A DNA stretch of 63,651 nt, filler included, from Octopus bimaculoides (Eukaryota), in NCBI RefSeq assembly GCF_001194135.2. It is 5 parts of 5 records of this genome, joined end to end, with 100 filler letters (N's around TTAATTAATTAA, not from the genome) between each part and the next. Parts side by side here need not be neighbours in the genome. Positions count along the whole stretch, not along the records: positions 1 to 31,463 come from NC_069000.1; 4 more parts are not named here. One strand, given 5' to 3'. Positions 1 to 12,859 of this stretch are shown here, piece after piece. The position numbers and the translations under genes were made by a program. The notes under the pieces were generated by a model. The model did no database searches. It was not told the origin of the DNA and saw nothing but the letters and a program-made list of their open reading frames with translations. Positions within the stretch are counted from its first letter, which is position 1. Every line of letters begins with the position of its first letter.

Positions 1-11
1 ATATATATATT

Positions 12-45
<34 letters not shown>

Positions 46-440
46 TGTATGTATGCATGTGTGTGTATATATATACGTATATATAAACATACATATACAC
101 ATTTATACAATCTATATACACATAAACACTCGCACACACATACGAGCCTGCGCATGCGTTTGTGTGCGTGATCGCGTAGTTCAGGTGGACAGCTATTCTA
201 TTACAAGTTCCTAGTGGGAGAAGATTTTATCAGATAAAATATCTACAAAGAAATGTTTGTAATGTCTGCGGAATTACAGGCACACGTGTATGTATGTATG
301 TGTGAGTGTTGGTGTACATACGTGTGTGCGTGTGCTTTTTGTGTATTCAAATAGGGAACAGTATTTTGTTTTCCAAAACGACTATGTTTTAATTTTGAAT
401 TATATAAAGAATTGTATATATTTCCTTAATCCTCCTTTAT

Positions 441-649
441 TTTGGTTTCAAATTTTGGCACAAGGCCAGCAAGTTTTGGGGGAGGGTGCTAGTCGATATT
501 TCGACCCCAGTGTTTAACTGGTACTTAATTTATCGACATCCGAAAAAGGATGAAAAGCAAAGTCGACATCAGGAATTTTGAATCCAGAAAGTGCAGACGT
601 ACGAAATGCCGCTAAGCACTTTATCTGGAGTGCTAACGATTCTGCCAGC
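441..649 (-). mobile_element. tRNA-derived SINE family A (degenerate copy)
   Basis: Minus strand reads gctggcagaatcgttagc (A-box-like), then the gtcgactttgcttttcatcc...gtcgataaattaagtaccag central module shared with about 15 other copies in the window. Confidence 0.85.
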
Positions 650-734
650 ACATGTGTAAATCTACGTAGTAGACATACAGACATGTCAGTTTGAAATATC
701 TTTCTGTAGTTTTTAAAAAAATTATGGATAGTTA

Positions 735-776
735 TAATCGAGTTTCGACCTTTATTGAAGTGTCATCAGAGATGTA
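735..776 (-). ncRNA. Degenerate hammerhead-ribozyme-like motif
   Basis: Minus strand CTGATGA (769-763), partial stem II cACTT/AGGTc, then GAAACTCGA. Stem I and the 10.1-11.1 pair are broken. Confidence 0.3.
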
Positions 777-1099
777 TGCATCACTAGCTCAATCCAAGAC
801 AAACGAGCAACCAATCCGTTTATATGCACATAAAATCTCGCAGTTTAAGAGAACTGAGACTGCTAATTTGCATGCCATTAATTTTCAACGCTTTAATTAA
901 AATCGGTGGATTGCCAGCTAAGAAACCCAGTCCACTCAGTATCAAGGTAAGATGCATTCGCACACGCAAGCTTACTATTGTTCTTTCGTTCTCAATATAA
1001 ACAAGACGATATGGCGTCAGCACTCAAAGATGGCGCTTAAAGAAAAAAACTGGTGAAGCGCAAAAGAAGAACAAAGAAACAACGAACAATGATGTCTGC

Positions 1100-1660
1100 T
1101 GAACTATTGGTTACCAGGCAAATGGAACTTTACTGTAATTTGACAAAATGAACACAGCAGACTATCAAGAAAGATAAATGATTTGAAACTTCACAATTGG
1201 AAGATAATAAGAGATGTTACATAATCCTTCGTTTTATAGATGGAAATAAAACGACGAAGATGGCGTCCAAACTATGTCATTATGTGTGAAACTGTGTGAA
1301 AATTGTGAGAATGACTGCGAGACATTAATATTGTGACAGAGAACATTTTCGTTTCTAAAACATTCACCTAAACAATAAAAACATCATTTAGTACCATTAA
1401 CACATTTGGGGAGCCAACAATAACATGTGGTTTTTATAGAACTGGACTGAAAAATAAAATGTCTAGATTTCATCGACCGTAACACGAGGAATGTTCTGAA
1501 AGAAGGAAGATATATTACATAAGTCTGACATCCAACGATTAAATATCCTATATAAAGAGAGAGGGTAGGGGACTATTGAATGTTAGGAAACAGCTTCAGA
1601 AAACAGTCATCGACGTTGCGCTTTGCCTTTCCATCTCACAAAAGTATATCTATTAAGTTG
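1100..1660 (+). mobile_element. Highly degenerate R4/Dong-like non-LTR retrotransposon RT fragment
   Basis: Frameshifted peptides TIKKDK, LNNKNII-STINTF, DFIDRNTR, KSDIQRLNIP and EGRGLLNV are collinear with the better-preserved RT at 46.3-47.9 kb (KLNGSNLVKAVNTW, LNRRT, RLYLPRKEGGRGL). Confidence 0.6.
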
Positions 1661-1730
1661 TCATATAATTTCCTAGGTCCCCCCCGCCCCAACACACACA
1701 CTTGACATTCATCATTATATCTTTATTACA

Positions 1731-2058
1731 TCGATTTGGGGAGGACGAAAGACAAAGTCGAACTCAGAGCGTAAAGACATATGAAATGCTTAGCGGCATT
1801 TCACCCGGCTTGCTTAACGATTTTGCCCGCTCGCCGCCCCAATAAGCCTTTCTACTATAGGCACAAGGTCTGGTTTGGATGGAAGGGGATTAGCTAATTA
1901 CAATAACCCCGGTGTTTCTCTGGTCCTTATTTCATTGAACGCGAAAGGATGCAAGGGAAAAATCGATCTCGGCGGAATTTGAACTCAGAACGTAACGGCA
2001 GACGAAATACCGCTAAGCATTTCGCCCGGTGTGCTAACGTTTCTGCCAGCTCGCTTCC
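1731..2058 (-). mobile_element. Two adjacent SINE family A copies (1731-1840 partial, 1841-2058)
   Basis: Both carry the reverse-complement head (gctaagcatttcgcccgg...ctgccagctcgc). The second has the core and the caggccttgtgcctatag-type tail. Confidence 0.85.
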
Positions 2059-3004
2059 AATCGTTGCCATTCCATCGTGTTCCAATGTGTTCTTCCCCTT
2101 TCAAGCTGTTCAAATTGTGCCACCCACCGCCTTTCTATGACGAAATCTTGCCAGGCTCTGGCCCTTCCGCCCTATACCTTCATCCACTTCTTTAGAAATA
2201 TTTCATCCCTACCCCCAGGGTCCTCTCAACACCCTGTTTATATTGAATAGCAACGAGGTTAGTTCTAACNNNNNNNNNNNNNNNNNNNNNNNNNNNNNNN
2301 NNNNNNNNNNNNNNNNNNNNNNNNNNNNNNNNNNNNNNNNNNNNNNNNNNNNNNNNNNNNNNNNNNNNNNNNNNNNNNNNNNNNNNNNNNNNNNNNNNNN
2401 NNNNNNNNNNNNNNNNNNNNNNNNNNNNNNNNNNNNNNNNNNNNNNNNNNNNNNNNNNNNNNNNNNNNNNNNNNNNNNNNNNNNNNNNNNNNNNNNNNNN
2501 NNNNNNNNNNNNNNNNNNNNNNNNNNNNNNNNNNNNNNNNNNNNNNNNNNNNNNNNNNNNNNNNNNNNNNNNNNNNNNNNNNNNNNNNNNNNNNNNNNNN
2601 NNNNNNNNNNNNNNNNNNNNNNNNNNNNNNNNNNNNNNNNNNNNNNNNNNNNNNTATATATATATACACATATATATATATATACTTATATATATATACA
2701 TACATATATATAGATAGATAGATATACATATGTATTTATATAGTGAAGGTTGTGTGTTTGTGCGTGCCTTTATCATATATATATATATATAGAAAGGGTA
2801 TGTGTGTATGAGCATGCATGTGTGTTTATATACGTATGTGTTATGGATGTATGCGTATGTATGCACGTGGGTGAGTATATATATATGTATAAATTTGTGT
2901 ATGTATGCGTATATATGTAAATGGTGAGTGATGGATGAAGCACGAATGTGTGCAACTGTTTTTGTGATATCGTACGTATTTATGTAAATGGTTGTTCGTA
3001 TGTT

Positions 3005-3053
<49 letters not shown>

Positions 3054-3691
3054 NNNNNNNNNNNNNNNNNNNNNNNNNNNNNNNNNNNNNNNNNNNNNNN
3101 NNNNNNNNNNNNNNNNNNNNNNNNNNNNNNNNNNNNNNNNNNNNNNNNNNNNNNNNNNNNNNNNNNNNNNNNNNNNNNNNNNNNNNNNNNNNNNNNNNNN
3201 NNNNNNNNNNNNNNNNNNNNNNNNNNNNNNNNNNNNNNNNNNNNNNNNNNNNNNNNNNNNNNNNNNNNNNNNNNNNNNNNNNNNNNNNNNNNNNNNNNNN
3301 NNNNNNNNNNNNNNNNNNNNNNNNNNNNNNNNNNNNNNNNNNNNNNNNNNNNNNNNNNNNNNNNNNNNNNNNNNNNNNNNNNNNNNNNNNNNNNNNNNNN
3401 NNNNNNNNNNNNNNNNNNNNNNNNNNNNNNNNNNNNNNNNNNNNNNNNNNNNNNNNNNNNNNNNNNNNNNNNNNNNNNNNNNNNNNNNNNNNNNNNNNNN
3501 NNNNNNNNNNNNNNNNNNNNNNNNNNNNNNNNNNNNNNNNNNNNNNNNNNNNNNNNNNNNNNNNNNNNNNNNNNNNNNNNNNNNNNNNNNNNNNNNNNNN
3601 NNNNNNNNNNNNNNNNNNNNNNNNNNNNNNNNNNNNNNNNNNNNNNNNNNNNNNNNNNNNNNNNNNNNNNNNNNNNNNNNNNNNNNNNNNN

Positions 3692-3733
<42 letters not shown>

Positions 3734-4307
3734 CCAAGAAATTTAGAGGTTGTGAATCCAACCAACTAAGGGATAATATCTATCCAATATAACTGGTAGA
3801 ATACCCAGTTATTAATACACAAGTGTTTTTTCATTGCATGGCAATTACATTACCAAATGTAATAAATGGATGAGGGTAAAGAGTTATTATACCCTTAATT
3901 TATAGAGCAATAAGAAAATGGAAGGGATCAATAGGTGGTATTCATCAACTTTTTGACATTATATTATGTCAATTCATTTATTTACTAAAAGGACAATTAT
4001 AACAATATGCATACATGTATAAGATATGCCTTACATATATAATATATAAAATATAAAAATATCAGTAATTATTAAAATATATAACATAGAACAATAGAAA
4101 TTGTGATAATATCTTACAGCTGTTTCAGCCAAGAGGCAATAATACCTTAATCTACTTTTATCCCTTCAGTGGATTGAAGTTATTAGTAGATGAAATTGAG
4201 GTACTTGGGTGATTCTCTAGGCTTCGTCAGAGATTTTAGAAAGTACATAAGGTTAAGTTATAAATATAAATACACACATATATACATACTTTTACATATA
4301 TGCATAC

Positions 4308-4346
<39 letters not shown>

Positions 4347-5266
4347 NNNNNNNNNNNNNNNNNNNNNNNNNNNNNNNNNNNNNNNNNNNNNNNNNNNNNN
4401 NNNNNNNNNNNNNNNNNNNNNNNNNNNNNNNNNNNNNNNNNNNNNNNNNNNNNNNNNNNNNNNNNNNNNNNNNNNNNNNNNNNNNNNNNNNNNNNNNNNN
4501 NNNNNNNNNNNNNNNNNNNNNNNNNNNNNNNNNNNNNNNNNNNNNNNNNNNNNNNNNNNNNNNNNNNNNNNNNNNNNNNNNNNNNNNNNNNNNNNNNNNN
4601 NNNNNNNNNNNNNNNNNNNNNNNNNNNNNNNNNNNNNNNNNNNNNNNNNNNNNNNNNNNNNNNNNNNNNNNNNNNNNNNNNNNNNNNNNNNNNNNNNNNN
4701 NNNNNNNNNNNNNNNNNNNNNNNNNNNNNNNNNNNNNNNNNNNNNNNNNNNNNNNNNNNNNNNNNNNNNNNNNNNNNNNNNNNNNNNNNNNNNNNNNNNN
4801 NNNNNNNNNNNNNNNNNNNNNNNNNNNNNNNNNNNNNNNNNNNNNNNNNNNNNNNNNNNNNNNNNNNNNNNNNNNNNNNNNNNNNNNNNNNNNNNNNNNN
4901 NNNNNNNNNNNNNNNNNNNNNNNNNNNNNNNNNNNNNNNNNNNNNNNNNNNNNNNNNNNNNNNNNNNNNNNNNNNNNNNNNNNNNNNNNNNNNNNNNNNN
5001 NNNNNNNNNNNNNNNNNNNNNNNNNNNNNNNNNNNNNNNNNNNNNNNNNNNNNNNNNNNNNNNNNNNNNNNNNNNNNNNNNNNNNNNNNNNNNNNNNNNN
5101 NNNNNNNNNNNNNNNNNNNNNNNNNNNNNNNNNNNNNNNNNNNNNNNNNNNNNNNNNNNNNNNNNNNNNNNNNNNNNNNNNNNNNNNNNNNNNNNNNNNN
5201 NCTTTTTTTTTTTTTTACCTAATACTTATTCCTGTTATAGTTGTTGTTGTTGATGATGATGATGAA

Positions 5267-5297
<31 letters not shown>

Positions 5298-5306
5298 CAG
5301 TTGTCT

Positions 5307-5344
<38 letters not shown>

Positions 5345-6877
5345 GCTACTACTACCACCAAGATGACGACGACGACAAAAATGGTTTCTGGAATATGTGC
5401 AAAGTTACATGATTTTACTGGAGAATTATTGTGGATTATTTCCACTACAGAATATCTATCTATTTATTTATGTGTGTGTGTATGTATGTATGTATGTATG
5501 TATGTATGAATGTATGTATGTATGTATGTATGTATGTATATATGTATGTATCTGTCTGTATGTCTGTCTGTCTGTCAGCTGTTTCTTTGATAGTCAATCA
5601 AGCCATCTCCTCGTGTGTGCTCTGATGATTATGAAACATGGAAGAAACAGTAGCAGTCATGTAAGTTCCATTGTCTGAATAAGTATGTATATGCGCGTGT
5701 GTGTGTGTATATATATGTGTGTGAGTGTGTGTGTGTATATATATATGTGTGTGAGTGTGTGTGTGTGTGTATATATATGTGTGTGAGTGTGTGTGTATGG
5801 GTGTGTGCGTGTGTGTATATGGATATATATAAATAAAAAGGATAAACATCCTTCCCCAGTCATACAGACTCACAAGGACGGGTTCCCGATTTTTGTGGCA
5901 TTTATAAATACCCCCCCCCCCGGACGGGATGTCCCTTTCTCCTTTCTGATGACTAAAAGATCAACGCAGTATTTTACTGACAAGTAATATTCATAGCCAC
6001 TTCAACATGGCTGTCCGTTCGAGCGGACTTTAATGCGATTTTTTTTTAACCCCAAGAGGACATCTCCTTCGGGTATATGCGTATTATTATGCCGATAAGG
6101 ATATCGTTTTACACTAATCACCTGATGTGACACAGACTACACATATTGAAGCAACACAAGTAGATGCACAATATCCTATCCGTAAGGGACAGCTGCAGGA
6201 TGGGTCGAAACGATCGTCGTGCCGCACAAAGATTCCTACCAAACTTCATTTCCGTTTCCCTCATCAATTATAGATACGCGTGCGCGCGCCCGCACACAAT
6301 GACATGTGGGGTTGCTAAACGCCTTCTTAAATATTTTCATATTTTCTTAGTTTCACCAAGCAATTACAGTATGACCCCGAGTTAGCAAGGAAGCACTAGG
6401 TCTGTGGGTGACGTTCTTACCCAGTTACTATAGTAACATTTTCAATTCCGAAATTTATATCTATTCTCCCTTGTATGAAGTTTGGAAAAAGTAAGGTGTG
6501 TGTGTGAGAGAGAGAGCCCTTCAAAGAATAATCTCTAATAGAGACCCAAAGACAGGCAGGTTCCCGAAATCTATTTCTGGTACCGTCTTTAATTAACCTT
6601 ATCAACATATGTTCTGTATTTTCGCTGGTCTTGAGACATGGTTATCAACGTGGTGGAGGGGGAGGGAGAACGGAGGTCTCATACTATGTACGTGTGTGTG
6701 TGTGGGGGGGGTGTATGTGTATGTGCGCATGTGTGTGTATGTAGGCGTGTATATGTGCGAGTGTGTAACAATGGGGTGTTTATAAGCCTCTCATAAATCT
6801 AGACAAGGTTTAAATTATTGAAGAACAACAGCACCCGCCGCCGCCGCCGCAGCAGCAGCAGCAATGGTAATGATTCT

Positions 6878-7485
6878 ATCAAATTTTGGCCCAAGGCCAG
6901 CAGGGGAGGGGAAAGTCGATTACATCGATTGCTGTAAAGGACTTACTTTATTTTGTCGACCAGGAAAGGATAAAATATAAAGTTGACCACGGCAGGTTTT
7001 GAACTCAGTACGCAAAGTCGGGGAAAAAAAATGCCGCTACGCATTTTGTCCGACGTGCCAACGATTCTGCCAGTTCGACGCCTTAACAACAACAACAACA
7101 ACAATAACTGTTACTGCTATGGGTACTAAGCCTGAAATTTTGGGGAAGGAGGCTAGTCGACTACATCGACCCCAGAAGTCAACTGGTATTTATTCCATCG
7201 ACCCCGAAAGGATGAAAAGTAAAGTTGACTTTGGTGGAATTTGAACTGCTAATGCACAGAGCCAGAATGATGTTTGTTAACCTTTTACGTGTTTCAGTCA
7301 TTGGACCACAGCCATGGTATCAGTTGAAGAAATTCGAACCCAGAATGCACAGACCCGTAACTGACATCACTACAGATATCTCCCGAGATATCAATCAATT
7401 ATCATGGACTGGTACTTTATCGATCCCGAATGGAGTAAAGATCATTTCGACCTCAGCGGGATTTGAACTCAGAACATAAGGAGCT
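6878..7485 (-). mobile_element. Cluster of three SINE family A copies or fragments
   Basis: Repeated gtcga..tacatcgac / ccgaaaggatgaaa / ggaatttgaactcag modules at about 6880-7085, 7118-7248 and 7388-7485, with an (AAC)n spacer after the first. Confidence 0.8.
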
Positions 7486-7736
7486 GGAACAAAAGTCTGA
7501 AGGAATAATAGCCGACATCATTGTATCAGCTTAGTCAGTTCGATACTACATACACACACACACGGACACTATTACACACACATACATGTATGTGTGCATC
7601 ATACGTTGTTTAATGGCAAACGAATACAAAAGTAGTGCTCAATGCATATTGTAGAGGATATATTTTAAAAATAAAACTGAAGCTGACAGATTGTTTCGGG
7701 AATCGAGTTTCATGCCATCGCAATTTTCCGTCGAAA

Positions 7737-7781
7737 GTTTCGCCTGATGATCGCAATAGCGTGAAACTCGAATCGTGAGAC
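7737..7781 (+). ncRNA. Minimal type-I hammerhead-ribozyme-like motif
   Basis: GTTTCGC-CTGATGA-tCGC aata GCGt-GAAA-CTCGAAT-C-GTGAGAC. Stem I has 7 bp (2 G.U), stem II 3 bp, and stem III is a near-palindrome ACTCGAaT. Predicted cleavage is after 7774. Confidence 0.6.
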
Positions 7782-8563
7782 ATTCTCAACTTCAGTTTTA
7801 ACAGAGCGCATTATACATACGTACATACATACACACATATACACATACGTATATACGTATACATGTATGTATATTAAATATACATATATATATATATAAC
7901 ATACACACATACACACACATATACCCTTATGGCTTCATCTTATTTCTGTTTCTGCGCCACTGTTGTTTTCATTATTTACGCTCCAACTTTTAATATTTCT
8001 ATTTGTTTTTATTGAGCACCCTGGTAAACGGAATCATTAAGTTATATCATGAGGNNNNNNNNNNNNNNNNNNNNNNNNNNNNNNNNNNNNNNNNNNNNNN
8101 NNNNNNNNNNNNNNNNNNNNNNNNNNNNNNNNNNNNNNNNNNNNNNNNNNNNNNNNNNNNNNNNNNNNNNNNNNNNNNNNNNNNNNNNNNNNNNNNNNNN
8201 NNNNNNNNNNNNNNNNNNNNNNNNNNNNNNNNNNNNNNNNNNNNNNNNNNNNNNNNNNNNNNNNNNNNNNNNNNNNNNNNNNNNNNNNNNNNNNNNNNNN
8301 NNNNNNNNNNNNNNNNNNNNNNNNNNNNNNNNNNNNNNNNNNNNNNNNNNNNNNNNNNNNNNNNNNNNNNNNNNNNNNNNNNNNNNNNNNNNNNNNNNNN
8401 NTATATACATGTATATATATATGTGTATAAATATACACATAGATACAAGGATATATATATGTTTATATATATTTATTTATATATGCATACATACACACAC
8501 ACACACACACACATATATATGTGTGTATACCTACATACACATACATATATATGTATATATATA

Positions 8564-8594
<31 letters not shown>

Positions 8595-8948
8595 TCGATA
8601 TATAGATATAGATTTAATGATATATATATATATGTATATATATACATACATACATACATATCTATACACATATACACTCACACATAATTCTCATGTGGTT
8701 TAGTTTAAAATTCCGTTAACTGGAACGAAATTACACATCATCATAATCAACATCCTCCTCCTCCTTCTCCTCTTCCCTTCATCATCATCATCATCATCCT
8801 CATCCTCATCGTGGTTACCATCCACTTTGTTTATAGAAAGAACAGCGAAATCTGTGAGATCTAATTTTTTTCTATATTTTTATTTTCATTTTTCTTCTTT
8901 AAACATATTTTCATTAACCAGTTTCTATCACATTTTTTATCAACGTTT

Positions 8949-8991
<43 letters not shown>

Positions 8992-9295
8992 GCAACCAAT
9001 CATATTTTGGGGTTTCTTACCCTATGACAGCTCCCACAGCCTAGTCCCATGTCTTACTTAATCTGTGTCACCGTTTGTTTATATTTTCTTATTATGGCTG
9101 ACGACAGAATCGTTCAGATTCGTCGCACGAAATGCCACATACCATCTTTGACAGGGTACTCTCAGTTTGCCAAGTCGTACCCAACCGCGGTTGATAACAT
9201 AAGGAGCTAATCGTGTCCTGCGGTCGTGATCATCAACGATACTTCACTATTCGTTATTCTTTCTGACTTTCCTCACATGACCAACAATGTTGAGG

Positions 9296-9872
9296 CGAGA
9301 GGAAAGTCGATTCCATCGACTCAAGTTCTCAGCTGGTATTCATTCTATCGACCCACAAATGGATAAAAAAAAGTGACGTTGACCACAGCGGAATTTGAAC
9401 TCAGAAGTGTAAGAAATGCGGCTAAGGGTTTTGTCAGGCATACTCTTTTATTCCTTTACTTGTTTCAGTCTTTTGACTGCGGCCATGCTGGAGCACCGCC
9501 TTTAGTCGAGCAAATCGAACCCAGAACTTATTCTTTGTAAGCCTAGTACTTATTCTATCGGTCTCTTTTGCCGAACCGCTAAGTTACGGAGACGTAAACA
9601 CACCAGCATCGGTTGTCAAGCGATGTTGTGGGGGGGGGGGCAAACACAGACACACACACATATATGTATACATATATACGACAGGCTTCTTGCAGTTTCC
9701 GTCTACCAAATCCATTCACAAGGCTTTGGTCAGCCCGAGACTATAGTAGAAGACACTTGCTCAATGTGCCACGCAGTGAGAATGAACCCGGAACCATGTG
9801 GTTGGTAAGCAAGCTACTTACCACACAGCCACTCCTGAGCCTATAAACGCATGTTAACGGTTCTGCCAGTTC
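9296..9872 (-). mobile_element. SINE family A copy interrupted by a family B insertion
   Basis: The A-type core at 9296-9441 continues as gcatgttaacggttctgccagttc at 9849-9872. Confidence 0.7.
9442..9842 (-). mobile_element. tRNA-derived SINE family B, full length
   Basis: Reverse complement of 42144-42543 over its whole length, including the internal (CA)/(TA) tract. Confidence 0.92.
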
Positions 9873-10049
9873 TGTGTTTGTGCTTGTCCCCCACTCCCAC
9901 CATCACCTCTACTCAACAACCGGCTTTGGCTTGGTTACGGCCGCATAACGAAGCGGTTCAGCAAAACACACCGAAAGAATAAACACCCGACTCAAAAAAT
10001 AAGTTCTGGGGCCGATTTGATTGACTAAAACCCGTTAAGGCAGAGCACA

Positions 10050-10240
10050 TTGATGAGAGATGACGTTGTGGCCAAGACATTGTACCATGAGATCTGTCCG
10101 ATGGATAATCTCGAAAGCAAAGTGATAGAGACCCTTACCACTCATAAAATGAAAGAGTACATACAAGTGGAATGCCCTAATGACAATCTCAATAAAATGC
10201 AAACATAATAGACCAGACATAGTGATTTGAGACATAGTGA
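10050..10240 (+). mobile_element. R4/Dong-like RLE endonuclease fragment
   Basis: Peptides DDVVAKTLYHEI and WNALMTISIKCKHNRPDIVI*D contain the RPD motif of restriction-like endonucleases. Confidence 0.7.
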
Positions 10241-11180
10241 TTATATACATAATATAAAACATACACATCTGCACATGCACTGACACTAAGTCTTGCATAT
10301 ATGCATTCGTACATGCATAAATACGTTGAAGATGTTGTTTAAAATTCTAATGAAGGAACTTTGGTTTGAGGTTAGAAACTGACTCAACATTGGCGAAAAG
10401 TTTAGAAGTAAAAACTAAATAACACCATACATGCGAACATACACACATAATCATATACTTACGCACACGCGCACGCACACACTCATATATATACATATAT
10501 TTACACTCATACACCCACCCTTTTTCCTTTTATGGTCATTTGTGTAATGACAATTGATCTCATTGGTCATTTGATTTTGTTTTTTTTTTCATCTTGCTAT
10601 TTGTGCTGTGGCTAAATTGGAGAACGCATCTATACATATATAAATATACACACACATACATACATCATGTATATATATATATATANNNNNNNNNNNNNNN
10701 NNNNNNNNNNNNNNNNNNNNNNNNNNNNNNNNNNNNNNNNNNNNNNNNNNNNNNNNNNNNNNNNNNNNNNNNNNNNNNNNNNNNNNNNNNNNNNNNNNNN
10801 NNNNNNNNNNNNNNNNNNNNNNNNNNNNNNNNNNNNNNNNNNNNNNNNNNNNNNNNNNNNNNNNNNNNNNNNNNNNNNNNNNNNNNNNNNNNNNNNNNNN
10901 NNNNNNNNNNNNNNNNNNNNNNNNNNNNNNNNNNNNNNNNNNNNNNNNNNNNNNNNNNNNNNNNNNNNNNNNNNNNNNNNNNNNNNNNNNNNNNNNNNNN
11001 NNNNNNNNNNNNNNNNNNNNNNNNNNNNNNNNNNNNNNNNNNNNNNNNNNNNNNNNNNNNNNNNNNNNNNNNNNNNNNNNNNNNNNNNNNNNNNNNNNNN
11101 NNNNNNNNNNNNNNNNNNNNNNNNNNNNNNNNNNNNNNNNNNNNNNNNNNNNNNNNNNNNNNNNNNNNNNNNNNNNNNNN

Positions 11181-11215
<35 letters not shown>

Positions 11216-11219
<4 letters not shown>

Positions 11220-11325
11220 TATATACTCGAATAATAGTCGATCTCATGTAAAAGTCGACCTCCTATGTTTGGCCAAAAAGTAGGGGATTTTCCATAGACC
11301 CCGTATAAAAGTTGACCCTAGTATT
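11216..11325 (+). mobile_element. Probable terminus of a Tc2/pogo-like DNA transposon
   Basis: tatcgtatatactcgaataatagtcga resembles, from memory, the CCGTATATACTCGAGTATAAGCCGA TIR type. No partner TIR was found. Confidence 0.35.
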
Positions 11326-11654
11326 TCACGAGCAACTGGACAACATTTGTGGGTGAAGGGACCGAATTATCCTGAACGTAGAAATAACACTGTTACAAAA
11401 TTGTGTCACTACCTTACTGTAACCTGCTCTATTGATGGAATCCTTGGTGCTTATAATGGAATGCTCGGTGCTTATATTAAAACACCATTGAATAGCGAGC
11501 ACTACACATCTGTTGGTGGATGCTACATCACCATTTCTAAAATGCTTGCACAGAAAATGCTGCATGTCTGCACACATCTTCAAGCACAGTAAACACATGC
11601 ATTATACACTCGTCATTTATGCCAGTTATGCACGCAAAATTTCTACACGCAAAG

Positions 11655-11958
11655 TGGTTAGTTCACGATGGGAAGGCCGTGAGTTCGATTTCCGGCAGCG
11701 TTGTATTGTGCCCTTAAGCGAGACATTTTAATTCACGTTACTCCGGTCCACTCCGTTGGCAAAACTGAGTTGTACCTGTAATTCAAAGCGCCAGCCTTGT
11801 CACACTCTTTGTCACGCTGAATCTCCCAGAGAACATTAAGGGTACACGTGTCTGAGGAGTACTCAGCCACTTGCTCGTTAATTTCACGAACAGGCTGTTC
11901 CGTTGATCGGATCAACTGGGACCCTCGTCATCGCAACCGATGGAGTGCCAGTTTTACT
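11655..11958 (+). mobile_element. tRNA-derived SINE family D
   Basis: gagttcgatttcc B-box, and a body matching the reverse complement of 43997-44383 (ccttgtcacact...gtcacgctgaat...gttgatcggatcaactgg). Confidence 0.85.
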
Positions 11959-12499
11959 TATTTATTATTATTTTTTTTTTGTCCAGCACTTCATATGTTT
12001 CGCTTTTTCTTTTCGTCTCTCCTGGGTGACGGCATGTACTGAAAAACACGTGAAATGCTCCACTGCAGAACCTGTGTTTGAGGGATTCTAGATGGGAGTG
12101 TAGATAAAAAGTTATCAAAGTCATTAAATATAAAATTGTAGAAATACGAGAAGATCTTTGAGGACTTTCAGAAGTGTCTGCTTCTGATTCTGATGTGACG
12201 ATCTAAAAAAAAGGTTTAGTTTTTTTCCTTGTATTTGGTTTGCAAGATGTGAACGCGTGTGTTGAGGCATATTTTGTTGCATCTCGGGAAGGTCATTATG
12301 TCAACAATAAGCATACGCACTGGCTCTATTTTACTTCTTTATTTATTTATATTTTTACTTGTCAATTGGTTGATTATTTAAGGAATTAACTAATCGATTG
12401 TTTGATTAATCGTCCGGTCAATCAGTCAGTCAGTCAGTCAGTCACTCACTCACACACTCACTCACTCATTCACTCACTCACTCACTCACTCACTCACTC

Positions 12500-12540
<41 letters not shown>

Positions 12541-12859
12541 GGTCTATCAAAGTCTCTTCGACTTGGAGAAGAGAAGGCATGTCATTGAGGAGGTCGCGAA
12601 TTGTGACGGAAGAACTTTGACAGACCAGATTGATTGATTGACGGAACAATTAATCAGGTGATTGATTAGTTAGTTGGTCAAACGGTTAAACTGTGGCATA
12701 AATTATTGAATTATCGTGCAAAATGGATGTGAAAGTTCATTAGCCGCAACGAATTAATTACATGCATAATTCAAACTAGAGACCATTTTTAGATGTGAAA
12801 GAACGTTCCACCCCGGCCCACCACCACCACCACCAAGCCAGTTTGAAAATAACGGCATT

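Noticed and set aside
1100-1200. Penelope RT N-terminal reading (MNTADYQE)
   Set aside because: Another frame gives a longer collinear match to the R4/Dong RT across 1100-1660.
2233-2246. 14-bp identity ccctgtttatattg with 38219-38232
   Set aside because: Short, AT-rich and without extension, so treated as coincidence. It slightly weakens the micro-exon call.
5615-5665. ctgatga followed by gaaac (similar cases at 5946, 16040, 31437, 36859, 44750)
   Set aside because: No stem II or stem I pairing at workable spacing.
6186-6226. gaaacgatcgtc with an upstream ctgcagga as a hammerhead
   Set aside because: Good stem III palindrome and GUC, but the core is disrupted, stem II is too short and stem I does not pair.
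9094-9145. CTGACGA...GAAA with possible stems I and III
   Set aside because: No 10.1-11.1 pair and an asymmetric stem II. The core is more likely sequestered in the cgac/gtcg hairpin. Compatible with chance.
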